Assembly: GCA_963745025.1 (NCBI GenBank)
Contig: CAVUWD010000016.1
Span: forward strand, 704,001 to 768,000
Length of the DNA: 64,000 nt
From: an uncultured delta proteobacterium
Lineage (GTDB): Bacteria; Desulfobacterota; Binatia; JACPRU01
Direction: 5' to 3'
A program made the position numbers and the translations under genes. Below are positions 8,673 to 22,326 of this stretch, piece by piece. Position 1 is the stretch's first letter; each line of letters opens with the position of its first letter. The notes under the pieces were generated by a model that worked only from the letters and a program-made list of their open reading frames with translations, had not been told where the DNA came from and did no database searches.

Positions 8673-10831
8673 ATGGTAAGTAAAAGAAGATTGCTCATCA
8701 TCGGGGGGTGTGTCGCGGCGGCTGCGATCAGTTTCGTGCCGCCCACGCATGCCTCGCAGAGCTTCGACAATCAGCGCGGCGACATCGCGGCGCGCGTGTC
8801 GATGCAGAACACGTTCCAGCACAACAACGCCAGCAGCATCAACTGGGTGCAGATGCGAAACGAGGTGCGCTTCGATCTGCGGTACGACCTGATCCAGCAG
8901 GGCGTGGGACAGACCTTCGGACCGGTCAACGCGCTCAAGTTCAACATCCTCTGGCGCGGGCGGTACGACGCGGTGTACGACATCCGCGGGGACTACAGAG
9001 ACCGCGACTACAACCGCGGCGACTTCGAGTTCCCGGAAGGCAAGACGCCTCGCGAGCTCTTCTTCGACGTCGGCTTCGGAGGGGCGCTGAAAAACCTCTC
9101 CCTGCGCATCGGCAAGCAGCAGGTGGTCTGGGGCGAGGCCGATCTCTTCCGGTCGCTCGACGTCGTGAACCCGCTCGACCTCCGCCAGAACGGCTTCGTC
9201 GGTGAGGACTTCGCCGACTTCCGCCAGCCGTTGTGGATCGCCAAGGGCCTCTACGCCTTGGGCGACGTCGCGAGCTTCTGGAACGAGGCCGGCGTCGAGG
9301 CCTTCTTCTCGCCGAACGCCCGGCCGTTCGTGAACCAGGATAACCTGCTAGTCCAGCAGACGTACAAGATCGGTTCCAACCAGGGCATCATCCCGATCCC
9401 GGGGAACGAACAATACGGCGGCACCCGTTGGGTGACCGAGAACTTCCGCCAGGTGCGCCATCCGTGGGAGTTCCTGCGCGTCGGCGCGAAGAAGTCGGAC
9501 TCGCCGGCGGTGCCCAGAACGCGGGTGGAACCCACTCGGACTTCATGTACAGAATCAAGAACGACGTTTCCAACTCGGAGCTCGCGTTGAGCTCCATGAT
9601 GGCGGGCGTGCGGCTCCTCGGCACGACTTACGGGAACGCGTACTTCACGCTGAACTACCTCTTCAAGCGGACCGACGGCTCGACGTCGGAGGTGGACTTC
9701 AGTCAGCTCTTCGATAATACGACAGCCTGGGACCAGTGGCTCTTCAGCCGGACGTCTTGGCGCGGGCGGTCAATGCGGAATTTACGCCCGACCTCAACGG
9801 CAACGGCATCCCCGACGGCCAGGAGGAGCAGATCCTCAACTGCATAAAGAGCGCGTACCCCAAGAGCAACGGCTTCGCGGGCGGGGCGAACCCGTTCGGG
9901 GTTGCCCCCATGACGACGCCTCACGCCGGGGAGCTGATCCTCGATCCCGGCACCGGAAATGCCGCAGCCGGGCAGTGGCACGGCTCCGTCTACTCCCCCA
10001 TTGGGCAGCCGCAGCTCCAGACCGGCCTCAAGAACCCCGCCAACCAGCTCAAGTCGGACAACGTCTCCTACAATGTGAAGAGCGATCCAACCGCACCAGC
10101 GCCGCTTGGTTCGGATCCGGACGGGCTCGTACACAGCTCGGCGTGTCTCGACGTCCCGGTGCAGCACAACTGGACGCACATCATCGGCGGCACGATGACG
10201 TACAACGACTACGAATACACCGGCCTGGTCTTCAGGCTCGAGCAGAGCTTGAGCACCAAGGAAGGGCGGCAGGACTCGCCGAGCAGCGCCGACCGCCTCC
10301 TTGAGCAGCAGGCAGGGAAAGCCCCTCCGGGTCCGACGGCGCGCGACTTCGCAACCCGCGCCGAATCGTTACACCCAGGTCTGGCGCAGCATGGTGGGCT
10401 TCGATTATCTGACCTCGGTTGCGCCGCAGTACGGCCACAGCGTGGGGAACCCGTTGCTCCACTCGCTGCTCACGGATCAGTGGTTCTTCACCTTCCAGTT
10501 CCTCAACCAGTACGACGCGCACGCGGACCACGTGAACAGCTCGGCTTCGTTCACCAACCGCTTCCAGCACTTCAACCCGTTCTTCACGGTGTCGGGCAGC
10601 GGCTTCTTCATGAACCAAAGGCTCCGGCCGACCTGGGCGGTGGCCCTGGACGCGAATCAAATGACTCCGCTCGCCTACCTCCAGATTCAGTACTACCTCG
10701 CCCCGAAGCTCGAGTTGAGGGTCGGCGAGGTCATGTACCTCGGGAGTTCCCACGCAGAGGATAACGGCGGTCTCTTCTACTACGCCGACCGCGACACCTT
10801 CTACGCACGCCTCACCTTCTTCCTCGCCTGA
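8673..10831 (+). CDS. DUF1302-family outer-membrane beta-barrel (three apparent frameshifts near 9515, 9730, 10365)
   Basis: Signal peptide; LRIGKQQVVWGEADLFRSLDVVNPLD; C-terminal DRDTFYARLTFF; spread over four ORFs. Confidence 0.75.
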
Positions 10832-10840
10832 GCACCCGTC

Positions 10841-10869
10841 GGGGCGGAGGTCATCGCGACCTCCGCCCC
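10841..10869 (+). terminator. Stem-loop after the DUF1302 gene
   Basis: GGGGCGGAGGTC-ATCGC-GACCTCCGCCCC, perfect 12-bp stem, no U-tract. Confidence 0.55.
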
Positions 10870-10898
10870 GCCCCACCCAAGCTCCTTCCGTTCACCGC

Positions 10899-11046
10899 GC
10901 GGCAGTCGAGAACGCGAAGCTCCGGCTGCAACAGTGCTCGATCGATTCGCCGATCGACGGCCGGATCGGTCGGACCCGTCGTTCATGCCGGCGACGTCGT
11001 CAAAGGGCACGAGACGGCGCTCGCGGTGATCAACCAGGTGACCGCC
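10899..11046 (+). pseudogene. Fragment of an RND membrane-fusion (MdtA-like) gene
   Basis: Manual translation AAVENAKLRLQQCSIDSPIDGRIGRT / VVHAGDVVKGHETALAVINQVT; one frameshift, no start codon. Confidence 0.6.
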
Positions 11047-11154
11047 CTGCCCCCGCGCGGATCGTCGCCGTCGGCCACCGCGACCGGCGAGCGCGAGATG
11101 CAAAAGATCACCGTCACCGGCGAGCGAAGCCGGTAGGCGGAAGGGCTCGGCGAT

Positions 11155-11251
11155 CGACTACTGGCTGCCGGCTACAGGCTGTCGGCCATCGGCTCCCGGC
11201 CAAGACTCGCCAGACGAGTTCCTTCGCCCGATCGCCGATGGCCGAGAGCCG
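11155..11251. repeat. Inverted heptamer-array element, copy 1
   Basis: cgactac tggctgc cggctac aggctgt cggccat cggctcc | aagactc..gagt | gccgatg gccgaga gccg. Confidence 0.7.
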
Positions 11252-12685
11252 CTACTGCATCTTCGCCGGCTCGGGCGCCTTGGCTGGCGCCGGCGCTGCT
11301 TCGCTCGTGGCAGAAGGCTCGCCGACGACCACGAACTCCGCCCGCCGGTTGACCGCACGGGCCCACGGAGTCTGCATGTCGATCAGCGGCTTGTCCTCGC
11401 CGAAGCTCACCGTCGAGATCCGCGCGGGATCGACGCCGAGTCGAATCAGCTCCGCCTTGACCGTCTCGGCGCGCTGCATGCCGAGCTTCTTGTTGTAATC
11501 CTCGGTGCCGATGTAGTCGGTGTGACCCTGGATCTCGATCTTGACGTTCCTCCCTTCCTTCAGCTTCTGCGAGACCAGGTACACGCGGCCGCGTCCGACG
11601 TCCGTCAGCGTCGCCTTGTCGAAATGGAACGTGACGTCCGGGAACGCGACCCTCTCGACTTGAATCACGCGATCCCGATAGACGATCCTCTCTTTAGGGA
11701 CTGCGGGCATCGCTGGCGGCGGCTGCGGGCCGCTGTAGCTGATGCCTCCGAGAACGCTGTAGTCGGAGACGGAGTTGGACAGCCCGAAATCGACCCCACC
11801 CTGCGCCGCCAAGCCGTTCACCAGGGTATAGCGGAACCCGGTGAGGATCGCTTGGTAATCGTCGATCTGCTTGATCGTCCCGGTGTTGCCTCGATACTCG
11901 ACCGTCGAATCGAAGGTGCCGATGTGGTTCACCCAAAGGGGCAGCTTGAGACCGGCCCCGTACTCGACGACCGCGCTTTTCATGTCGATGTTTGGAAAGC
12001 CCTTGCGACGGAGCTGCGCGTAGACCGGTTCGGTCTGCCGGTCGAGGCGGAAAACACTCGGATTGCTCGGGAAGAGACCGCCCAGGTTGGCCGTTAGGGT
12101 CACCGGCACGTCCCCGGGCAGAGTGAAGAGATTCTTGTCGAGGACGGCCATGACGTCGCCACCGACCTTGTCGCCGTTCAACGCCGTGTTGCGATCGAGC
12201 TGCGCCGGCAGCTGCTTGCTGCCCGTCGGCAGCTGCGCCTGGCCGGAGATTGCCAGGCTGAAGGGCATGGGGCTTTGGTCCTCCTCGAAGAGCCGGAACT
12301 TGGGCCCGATACGGACATCGCCCACCTTGTGAGAGACGTCCTCCTCGTTCCTCTGCTCGGCATGGAAGTTGACGTAAGGTACCTGGAGGGAGAGCTCGAC
12401 GCCGTCCCAGACGCCCAGCGTGACGACGAATTCCCACTGAGTGAGCGACGTATCGCGCAGCTGACCTGTCGAGGGCTCGAAGACCTTGTTGCTCTGGATA
12501 TCGGTGCGATAGTAGGTGCCGAGCGACAGCGTGCCGCGCGGGATCGTTTGGGTCGTCGGCAAGGTCAATAGACCGGTCTCACCGGTCTCGGTCGGCGCGA
12601 GCGGCTGATCCGCCCTGGCGCCGATCGGGGCCACGATGAGGCCGCTCAGCAATGCCGCGAGAAACACCCCCTTAGGCATCTTCAT
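11252..12685 (-). CDS. OmpA-family protein with N-terminal beta-barrel
   Basis: Signal peptide; FHFDKATL, IQGHTD, YNKKLGMQRA, NRRAEF. Confidence 0.88.
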   Translation of the reverse strand: MKMPKGVFLAALLSGLIVAPIGARADQPLAPTETGETGLLTLPTTQTIPRGTLSLGTYYRTDIQSNKVFEPSTGQLRDTSLTQWEFVVTLGVWDGVELSLQVPYVNFHAEQRNEEDVSHKVGDVRIGPKFRLFEEDQSPMPFSLAISGQAQLPTGSKQLPAQLDRNTALNGDKVGGDVMAVLDKNLFTLPGDVPVTLTANLGGLFPSNPSVFRLDRQTEPVYAQLRRKGFPNIDMKSAVVEYGAGLKLPLWVNHIGTFDSTVEYRGNTGTIKQIDDYQAILTGFRYTLVNGLAAQGGVDFGLSNSVSDYSVLGGISYSGPQPPPAMPAVPKERIVYRDRVIQVERVAFPDVTFHFDKATLTDVGRGRVYLVSQKLKEGRNVKIEIQGHTDYIGTEDYNKKLGMQRAETVKAELIRLGVDPARISTVSFGEDKPLIDMQTPWARAVNRRAEFVVVGEPSATSEAAPAPAKAPEPAKMQ

Positions 12686-12806
12686 CTCTTCTCCCTCTTC
12701 TTCCTCTTCTCTCTCTTATCCCGCCTGTGGTGAGCCCTGCCAAATTTTGTACGGATTTGGAAACCTGTCAATTCGCCTTGAAGCGAAAACAAAAATGGCA
12801 GACGCT

Positions 12807-17168
<4,362 letters not shown>

Positions 17169-17207
17169 GGGACCTTGTAGCAAGGGACGAGAAGGGCCGC
17201 GATAGGT

Positions 17208-17262
17208 TGGCTGCAGGCTACAGGAAGAGACGCCCCGAGTCCTTTCCTGTAGCCCGTAGCCC
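17208..17262. repeat. Inverted heptamer-array element, copy 2
   Basis: tggctgc aggctac aggaa..gagtcc tttcct gtagccc gtagccc. Confidence 0.7.
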
Positions 17263-17263
17263 G

Positions 17264-17545
17264 TCAGTAGATCTTGATCTTGGTGACCCTCAGCCCGTGG
17301 GACGTCCAACCGACGTCGAAGCCGACTTCCATGCCTTCGGTGAGATCGTTGATGCTGCGGCCGTCGAGGAACTCGACGAACGGCAAAACGAAGCGTATCT
17401 CCCGGCCGCTCCCCGTGCGAAGAATGCCTGTCCCTCTGCCGTACTGAACGTGCAGGATCGTGCCCCGGTAGAACGGCTCGGCTGGCGAGAAGGCCGGAGC
17501 GCCCGATCGCGGATCGTCGGCGTCGCGGGACGCGGAATCGCTCAG
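17264..17545 (-). CDS. Cold-shock/OB-fold-like small protein (93 aa), apparent CTG start
   Basis: Manual translation ...FYRGTILHVQYGRGTGILRTGSGREIRF...INDLTEGMEVGFDVGWTSHGLRVTKIKIY; CTGA overlap with the reductase stop; GGAG upstream. Confidence 0.65.
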   Translation of the reverse strand: MSDSASRDADDPRSGAPAFSPAEPFYRGTILHVQYGRGTGILRTGSGREIRFVLPFVEFLDGRSINDLTEGMEVGFDVGWTSHGLRVTKIKIY

Positions 17546-19194
17546 TGCACCACTCCAGCCGCGGCCTCGGCGAGGCGCTGCATCTCGGCGACACCCACGC
17601 GATCGATGAAATCTCGGAAGCTCTCACCGACGACGCGGTCGTCCCGGAAGAATCTCGTCAACGCCTCGATGACGCTCGGCACGACTTCGTCGGGGAACTT
17701 GCCCCTGAGCCGGTAACCGGTCGCGCCACTCTTTTCTCCGACGCGTCCGCCGAGCAAGATCGCGCAGTGAGGTCGCTCGCGCCCGTTCGGATCCTTGACC
17801 ATCATGCCGGTCAATCCGATATCGCCGATGTGATGCTGTCCGCAAGAGTTCGGGCACCCGCTGATCTTGACGCGGAACTTACCGAGCGTCTCGACCGCTT
17901 CGTGCGCCGACGCGAAGTGCTGCCGGATGCGCTGTGCAACTCCCATCGAGCGCGTGACCGCCAGGCTGCAGTAGTCGGCCCCCGGACAGGAGGTCACGTC
18001 GCTGAGATGGAGCGCGTTCGGCTCGGCGAGCCGCAGCGCCTCGAGCTCCCCGTAGAGGCTCGCGAGGTCACCGTCGGCGATGAACGGGAAGACCAGATTC
18101 TGGTCGTTGGTCGCGCGCAGCGTACCGTTGCCGTAATGGCGGCAGAGCTCGGTGAGCCTGCGCAGTTGCGCAGAGGTGACGTCGCCGATCGGCAGTGTCG
18201 CGGTGACACGACGATAGCCCGCCTGCCGTTGACGCTCGGTGTTCGTCCGCAGCCAATTCGCGTAGCGCGCATCGTTCCGGCTCTCCGCATTGCCGCCCGC
18301 CGGCCGGCGGGGCGCGGACAGATCGTAACTCTCGAGAGCGTTCTGCAGATCAAGGCGCAGCTCCTCGCCCTGCGCGCTCAGGATCTTTCGGAACTCCGCC
18401 TCCACCGTCGCGCCGAAGCGCTCGAGACCCATGCGCTGGACGAGGAACTTGAGACGCGCCTTGTGCCGATTCTTCCGCTCTCCATAGCGATGCTGAACGC
18501 GGACGACGGCCTCCGCATAGGCGAGCGTTTGCTCGGCCGGTAGAAAGTCGCGCAGCGGTAATGCGAGATGCGGCATGGGGCCGAGGCCGCCGCCCGAGAG
18601 CACTCGAAAGCCGCGCATGCTTCCCTGCAGTCGCGCGTAGAAGGCGAGATCGTTGATGACTCCCTGCGCCTCGTCGTCTGGGCAACCGGAGAACGCCGGC
18701 TTGAACTTTCGTGGCAGCGTGATGTTCAGCGGATGGAAGAGAAAGTAGTCCGTCAACGCAGCCGCGTACGGCAGGACGTCGAAGGGCTCCTTGGCGCAGG
18801 TCCCGGCGCACGGGGGGGCGGTGACGTTGCGGATCGAGTCGGCGCAGGCGCCGCGATTGGAGATGCCGACGTCCTGGAGGCGGTGGTAGATCTCGGCGAC
18901 GGCCTCCAAGGGAACCCAGTGGAGCTGAACGTCCTGGCGAGTCGTGACGTGCAGCAATCCCCTTCCCCATCGCTCACCGATGTCGGCGATTGCTTCGAGC
19001 TGCCCGGCGGTCAGCAACCCTCCCGTGACCTTGATCCGTTGCATGTGGCTGGTGTGATCGAGCTGGTAGTAGAGCCCATAGGACAGCCGGATCGGCCGGA
19101 ACTCTTCGGCAGAGAGCGTGCCCTTCTGAAAGCGGTCGATCCGCTCGGCATGCTCCTCGATTGCTTGGTGCAGGAAGTCTTTGGAGGGCAACAT
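17542..19194 (-). CDS. Ferredoxin-dependent sulfite/nitrite reductase (siroheme, 4Fe-4S)
   Basis: TTRQDVQLH, LPRKFK, SCPGADYC, ISGCPNSCGQH. Confidence 0.92.
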   Translation of the reverse strand: MLPSKDFLHQAIEEHAERIDRFQKGTLSAEEFRPIRLSYGLYYQLDHTSHMQRIKVTGGLLTAGQLEAIADIGERWGRGLLHVTTRQDVQLHWVPLEAVAEIYHRLQDVGISNRGACADSIRNVTAPPCAGTCAKEPFDVLPYAAALTDYFLFHPLNITLPRKFKPAFSGCPDDEAQGVINDLAFYARLQGSMRGFRVLSGGGLGPMPHLALPLRDFLPAEQTLAYAEAVVRVQHRYGERKNRHKARLKFLVQRMGLERFGATVEAEFRKILSAQGEELRLDLQNALESYDLSAPRRPAGGNAESRNDARYANWLRTNTERQRQAGYRRVTATLPIGDVTSAQLRRLTELCRHYGNGTLRATNDQNLVFPFIADGDLASLYGELEALRLAEPNALHLSDVTSCPGADYCSLAVTRSMGVAQRIRQHFASAHEAVETLGKFRVKISGCPNSCGQHHIGDIGLTGMMVKDPNGRERPHCAILLGGRVGEKSGATGYRLRGKFPDEVVPSVIEALTRFFRDDRVVGESFRDFIDRVGVAEMQRLAEAAAGVVH

Positions 19195-19210
19195 AGTGGG
19201 CCTCGCGTGA

Positions 19211-19244
19211 ATAGATAACTAAATAAGTTATTTTTGTTATCTAT
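19211..19244. promoter_or_regulatory. AT-rich palindromic operator upstream of the reductase
   Basis: ATAGATAAC-TAAATAAGTTATTTTT-GTTATCTAT, with perfect 9-bp arms. Confidence 0.6.
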
Positions 19245-19284
19245 CGTGATACTGCCCGGACGCTCGAGGTCAGTCAAGAGCCAT

Positions 19285-19455
19285 CATTCACGGGACGGGG
19301 ATCCCTCAGTCTCGGCCACACGCGCTTGAAGTTCCTGAAGCGCTGATCGACCCGAGTACGGGCCGATCACAACCGACATTCACGGGACGGGGATGCCTCA
19401 GTCCACGCTCTTCGTCGTTCCGAAGCATTCGAGGCGAAGACTGAAGGCGTTACCA
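19285..19455 (+). repeat. MITE/REPIN-like hairpin element, copy A (shortened, with an internal 27-bp duplication)
   Basis: Core TCGACCCGAGTACGGGCCGA at 19347-19366; CATTCACGGGACGGGGAT(C/G)CCTCAGTC at 19285 and 19377. Confidence 0.7.
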
Positions 19456-19650
19456 GTCGATCAACGCGCGTGTGGCCCCCCGCACCGCCAAATTCGTGGA
19501 TTCCTTCGGCGCAAACCACCCTCTGGCGGCGGTGCTGTTTCTATTGTATGAGGCGCCGTTTCACGTAGCCGTACTCGAACCGTCCGCTACGCGCGGACGA
19601 TCTTTGGAGCCTTCATGCGCCAAGAACGACTCGAGATCTCTTCGTCCGGT

Positions 19651-22113
19651 ATGCTCGCACCGCGACGGGCCGTACTACGTCTGCTCGGCCTTCTCCTCCC
19701 GTTTCTGGCGGTGCCCGCCGCCACGGCGAGCGAGGCGGAGCTGGTCATTCCCGACCTCGCGTCAGTCGCGTTCCTCGGCCTTTCCGGCCGGACCTTGTTG
19801 TTCGGCGGGATCGGCGTCTGCCTCCTCGGACTCGTCTTCGGGCTGGTGATCTACCGCCAGCTCCAAGCCCTCCCCGTCCACCGCTCGATGCTGGAGATCT
19901 CGGAGCTGATTTATGAGACCTGCAAGACCTACCTGCTGACCCAGGGGAAGTTCATCCTCCTCCTCTGGGCATTCATCGCCGTCATCATGGTCATCTACTT
20001 TGGCTGGCTTCGCCACTTCGCGCTGGACCGCGTTCTGCTGATCATCTTCTTTTCTCTCGTCGGCATCGGCGGCTCGTATGGCGTTGCCTGGTTCGGGATC
20101 CGCATCAACACCTTCGCCAACTCCCGTACGGCCTTCGCCGCGCTCGCCGGCAAACCGTTTCCGACCTACGCGATTCCACTGAAGGCCGGGATGTCGATCG
20201 GCATGCTGCTGATCTCGACGGAGCTCGTGATCATGCTGGCGATCCTCCTGTTCGTGCCCGGCGACTATGCGGGACCGTGCTTCATCGGCTTCGCGATCGG
20301 CGAATCGCTCGGTGCGGCCGCCCTGCGCATCGCCGGAGGCATCTTCACGAAGATCGCGGACATCGGCTCGGACCTGATGAAGATCGTCTTCAACATCAAG
20401 GAGGATGACGCGCGAAACCCCGGGGTCATCGCGGATTGCACGGGGGACAACGCCGGTGACTCAGTCGGGCCGACGGCCGACGGCTTCGAGACCTACGGCG
20501 TGACCGGTGTCGCGCTGATCACGTTCATCCTCCTCGCCGTGAAGAACCCGACCGTGCAGGTGCAGCTCCTCGTGTGGATCTTCGTCATGCGCATCCTGAT
20601 GATCGCGACGTCGGCGGGTTCTTACTTCTTGAACGAGTCGCTCGCCTTCTCACGCTACGCCGACGCCGAGTCCATGAATTTCGAGGCGCCGCTCACCACG
20701 CTCGTTTGGCTCACCTCGATCGTGTCGGTGGGGGTGACCTACGTGATCTCGAGGCTCCTGATCCCGGATCTCGGGGGAGACACGACTCTCTGGTGGAAGC
20801 TTTCGACCATCATCACGTGCGGGACGCTGGCCGGCGCCATCATCCCCGAGCTGGTCAAGGTCTTCACCTCGATGGACTCCGCCCACGTGAAGGAAATCGT
20901 CACCGCCTCGCGCGAGGGCGGAGCTTCGCTCAACATCCTCGCGGGCTTCATCGCCGGCAACTTTTCGGCGTACTGGATGGGTCTGGTGATCGTTTCCCTC
21001 ATGGGCGCCGCCTACGGCATGAGCACGCTCGGCCTCGGCCAGCTGATGATCGCGCCCGCGATCTTCGCCTTTGGCCTGGTCGCGTTCGGCTTCCTCGGCA
21101 TGGGTCCGGTCACGATCGCCGTCGACTCCTACGGGCCGGTTACCGACAACGCACAATCGGTCTTCGAGCTCTCGACGATTGAATCTCAGCCCGGGATCGT
21201 CGACGAGATCCGCAAGGAGTTCGGCTTCCGCCCCGATTTCGAGGTCGCCAAGCACCACCTCGAAGCCAACGACGGGGCCGGGAACACGTTCAAGGCGACC
21301 GCCAAGCCCGTGCTCATCGGCACGGCGGTGGTCGGGGCGACCACCATGATCTTTTCGATCATCATGATGCTCACCAACGGCCTGACGGTCGACGTCGACA
21401 AGCTTTCGATCCTGCATTCGGAGTTCCTGCTCGGTCTCATCATGGGCGGCGCGGTGATCTACTGGTTCACCGGCGCGGCGACGCAGGCGGTTGCGACCGG
21501 CGCCTACCGCGCCGTCGAATTCATCAAGCAGAACATCAAGCTCGATACCGGCGCCACGAAAGCGTCGGTCGAAGACTCGAAGCGGGTCGTCGAGATCTGC
21601 ACGCAGTACGCCCAGAAGGGCATGTTCAACATCTTCCTGACGGTATTCTTCTCGACGCTCGCGTTCGCCTGTTTCGAGCCCTATTTCTTCATCGGCTACC
21701 TGATCTCGATCGCTCTCTTCGGCCTCTTCCAGGCGATCTTCATGGCCAACGCCGGTGGGGCTTGGGACAATGCCAAGAAGATCGTCGAGGTCGAGCTCAA
21801 GCAGAAGGGCACCCCCCTCCACGCGGCCTGTGTCGTCGGCGACACGGTGGGCGATCCGTTCAAGGATACCTCGTCGGTCGCCATGAATCCGGTGATCAAG
21901 TTCACGACTCTCTTCGGGCTGCTCGCCGTCGAGCTCGCGGTCGAGATGACGCGTAGCGGTCATCGGGCGATGACTCTGGTTCTGTCCGCCATGTTCTTGG
22001 CGGCCGCTCTCGTGTTCGTCTGGAGATCGTTCTACCGGATGAGGATCGGGGACGTGGCGAGCCGGGTAGGCGCCGGGGCGGCGCCCGAGAGCCGCGCCGC
22101 CGCAGCCCGGTAG
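19651..22113 (+). CDS. hppA: Membrane-bound proton-translocating pyrophosphatase
   Basis: GGIFTKIADIGSDL, EDDARNP, DSYGPVTDNA, GNTFKA, NAGGAWDNAKK, GDTVGDPFKDT; many TM helices; alternative start at 19615. Confidence 0.93.
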   Translation: MLAPRRAVLRLLGLLLPFLAVPAATASEAELVIPDLASVAFLGLSGRTLLFGGIGVCLLGLVFGLVIYRQLQALPVHRSMLEISELIYETCKTYLLTQGKFILLLWAFIAVIMVIYFGWLRHFALDRVLLIIFFSLVGIGGSYGVAWFGIRINTFANSRTAFAALAGKPFPTYAIPLKAGMSIGMLLISTELVIMLAILLFVPGDYAGPCFIGFAIGESLGAAALRIAGGIFTKIADIGSDLMKIVFNIKEDDARNPGVIADCTGDNAGDSVGPTADGFETYGVTGVALITFILLAVKNPTVQVQLLVWIFVMRILMIATSAGSYFLNESLAFSRYADAESMNFEAPLTTLVWLTSIVSVGVTYVISRLLIPDLGGDTTLWWKLSTIITCGTLAGAIIPELVKVFTSMDSAHVKEIVTASREGGASLNILAGFIAGNFSAYWMGLVIVSLMGAAYGMSTLGLGQLMIAPAIFAFGLVAFGFLGMGPVTIAVDSYGPVTDNAQSVFELSTIESQPGIVDEIRKEFGFRPDFEVAKHHLEANDGAGNTFKATAKPVLIGTAVVGATTMIFSIIMMLTNGLTVDVDKLSILHSEFLLGLIMGGAVIYWFTGAATQAVATGAYRAVEFIKQNIKLDTGATKASVEDSKRVVEICTQYAQKGMFNIFLTVFFSTLAFACFEPYFFIGYLISIALFGLFQAIFMANAGGAWDNAKKIVEVELKQKGTPLHAACVVGDTVGDPFKDTSSVAMNPVIKFTTLFGLLAVELAVEMTRSGHRAMTLVLSAMFLAAALVFVWRSFYRMRIGDVASRVGAGAAPESRAAAAR

Positions 22114-22136
22114 GGGGGCGGGAGTCGAGATCACCA

Positions 22137-22326
22137 CGAATGCTTCGGAACGACGAAGAGCGTGGTCGGTTGTGATCGGCCCGTACTCGGGTCGATCACA
22201 ACCGACCACAACCGCGCGAAGCGCGGAGGCAATGACCCGCGAGCTGGTCTATTGCTTTCCGCGCTGGCGCGCGGTGCTGGATCTTCGGGTCGACCCGAGT
22301 ACGGGCCGACCCGAAGATCCAGCGCT
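22137..22326 (-). repeat. MITE/REPIN-like hairpin element, copy B
   Basis: Long hairpins at 22162-22209 and 22276-22323 with inverted 20-mer cores, and an imperfect central hairpin. Confidence 0.8.

Noticed and set aside
19480-19614. Possible Na+-sensing riboswitch upstream of hppA
   Set aside because: Only weak GC pairing is visible and I cannot match it to a consensus by eye; an Infernal search would be needed.
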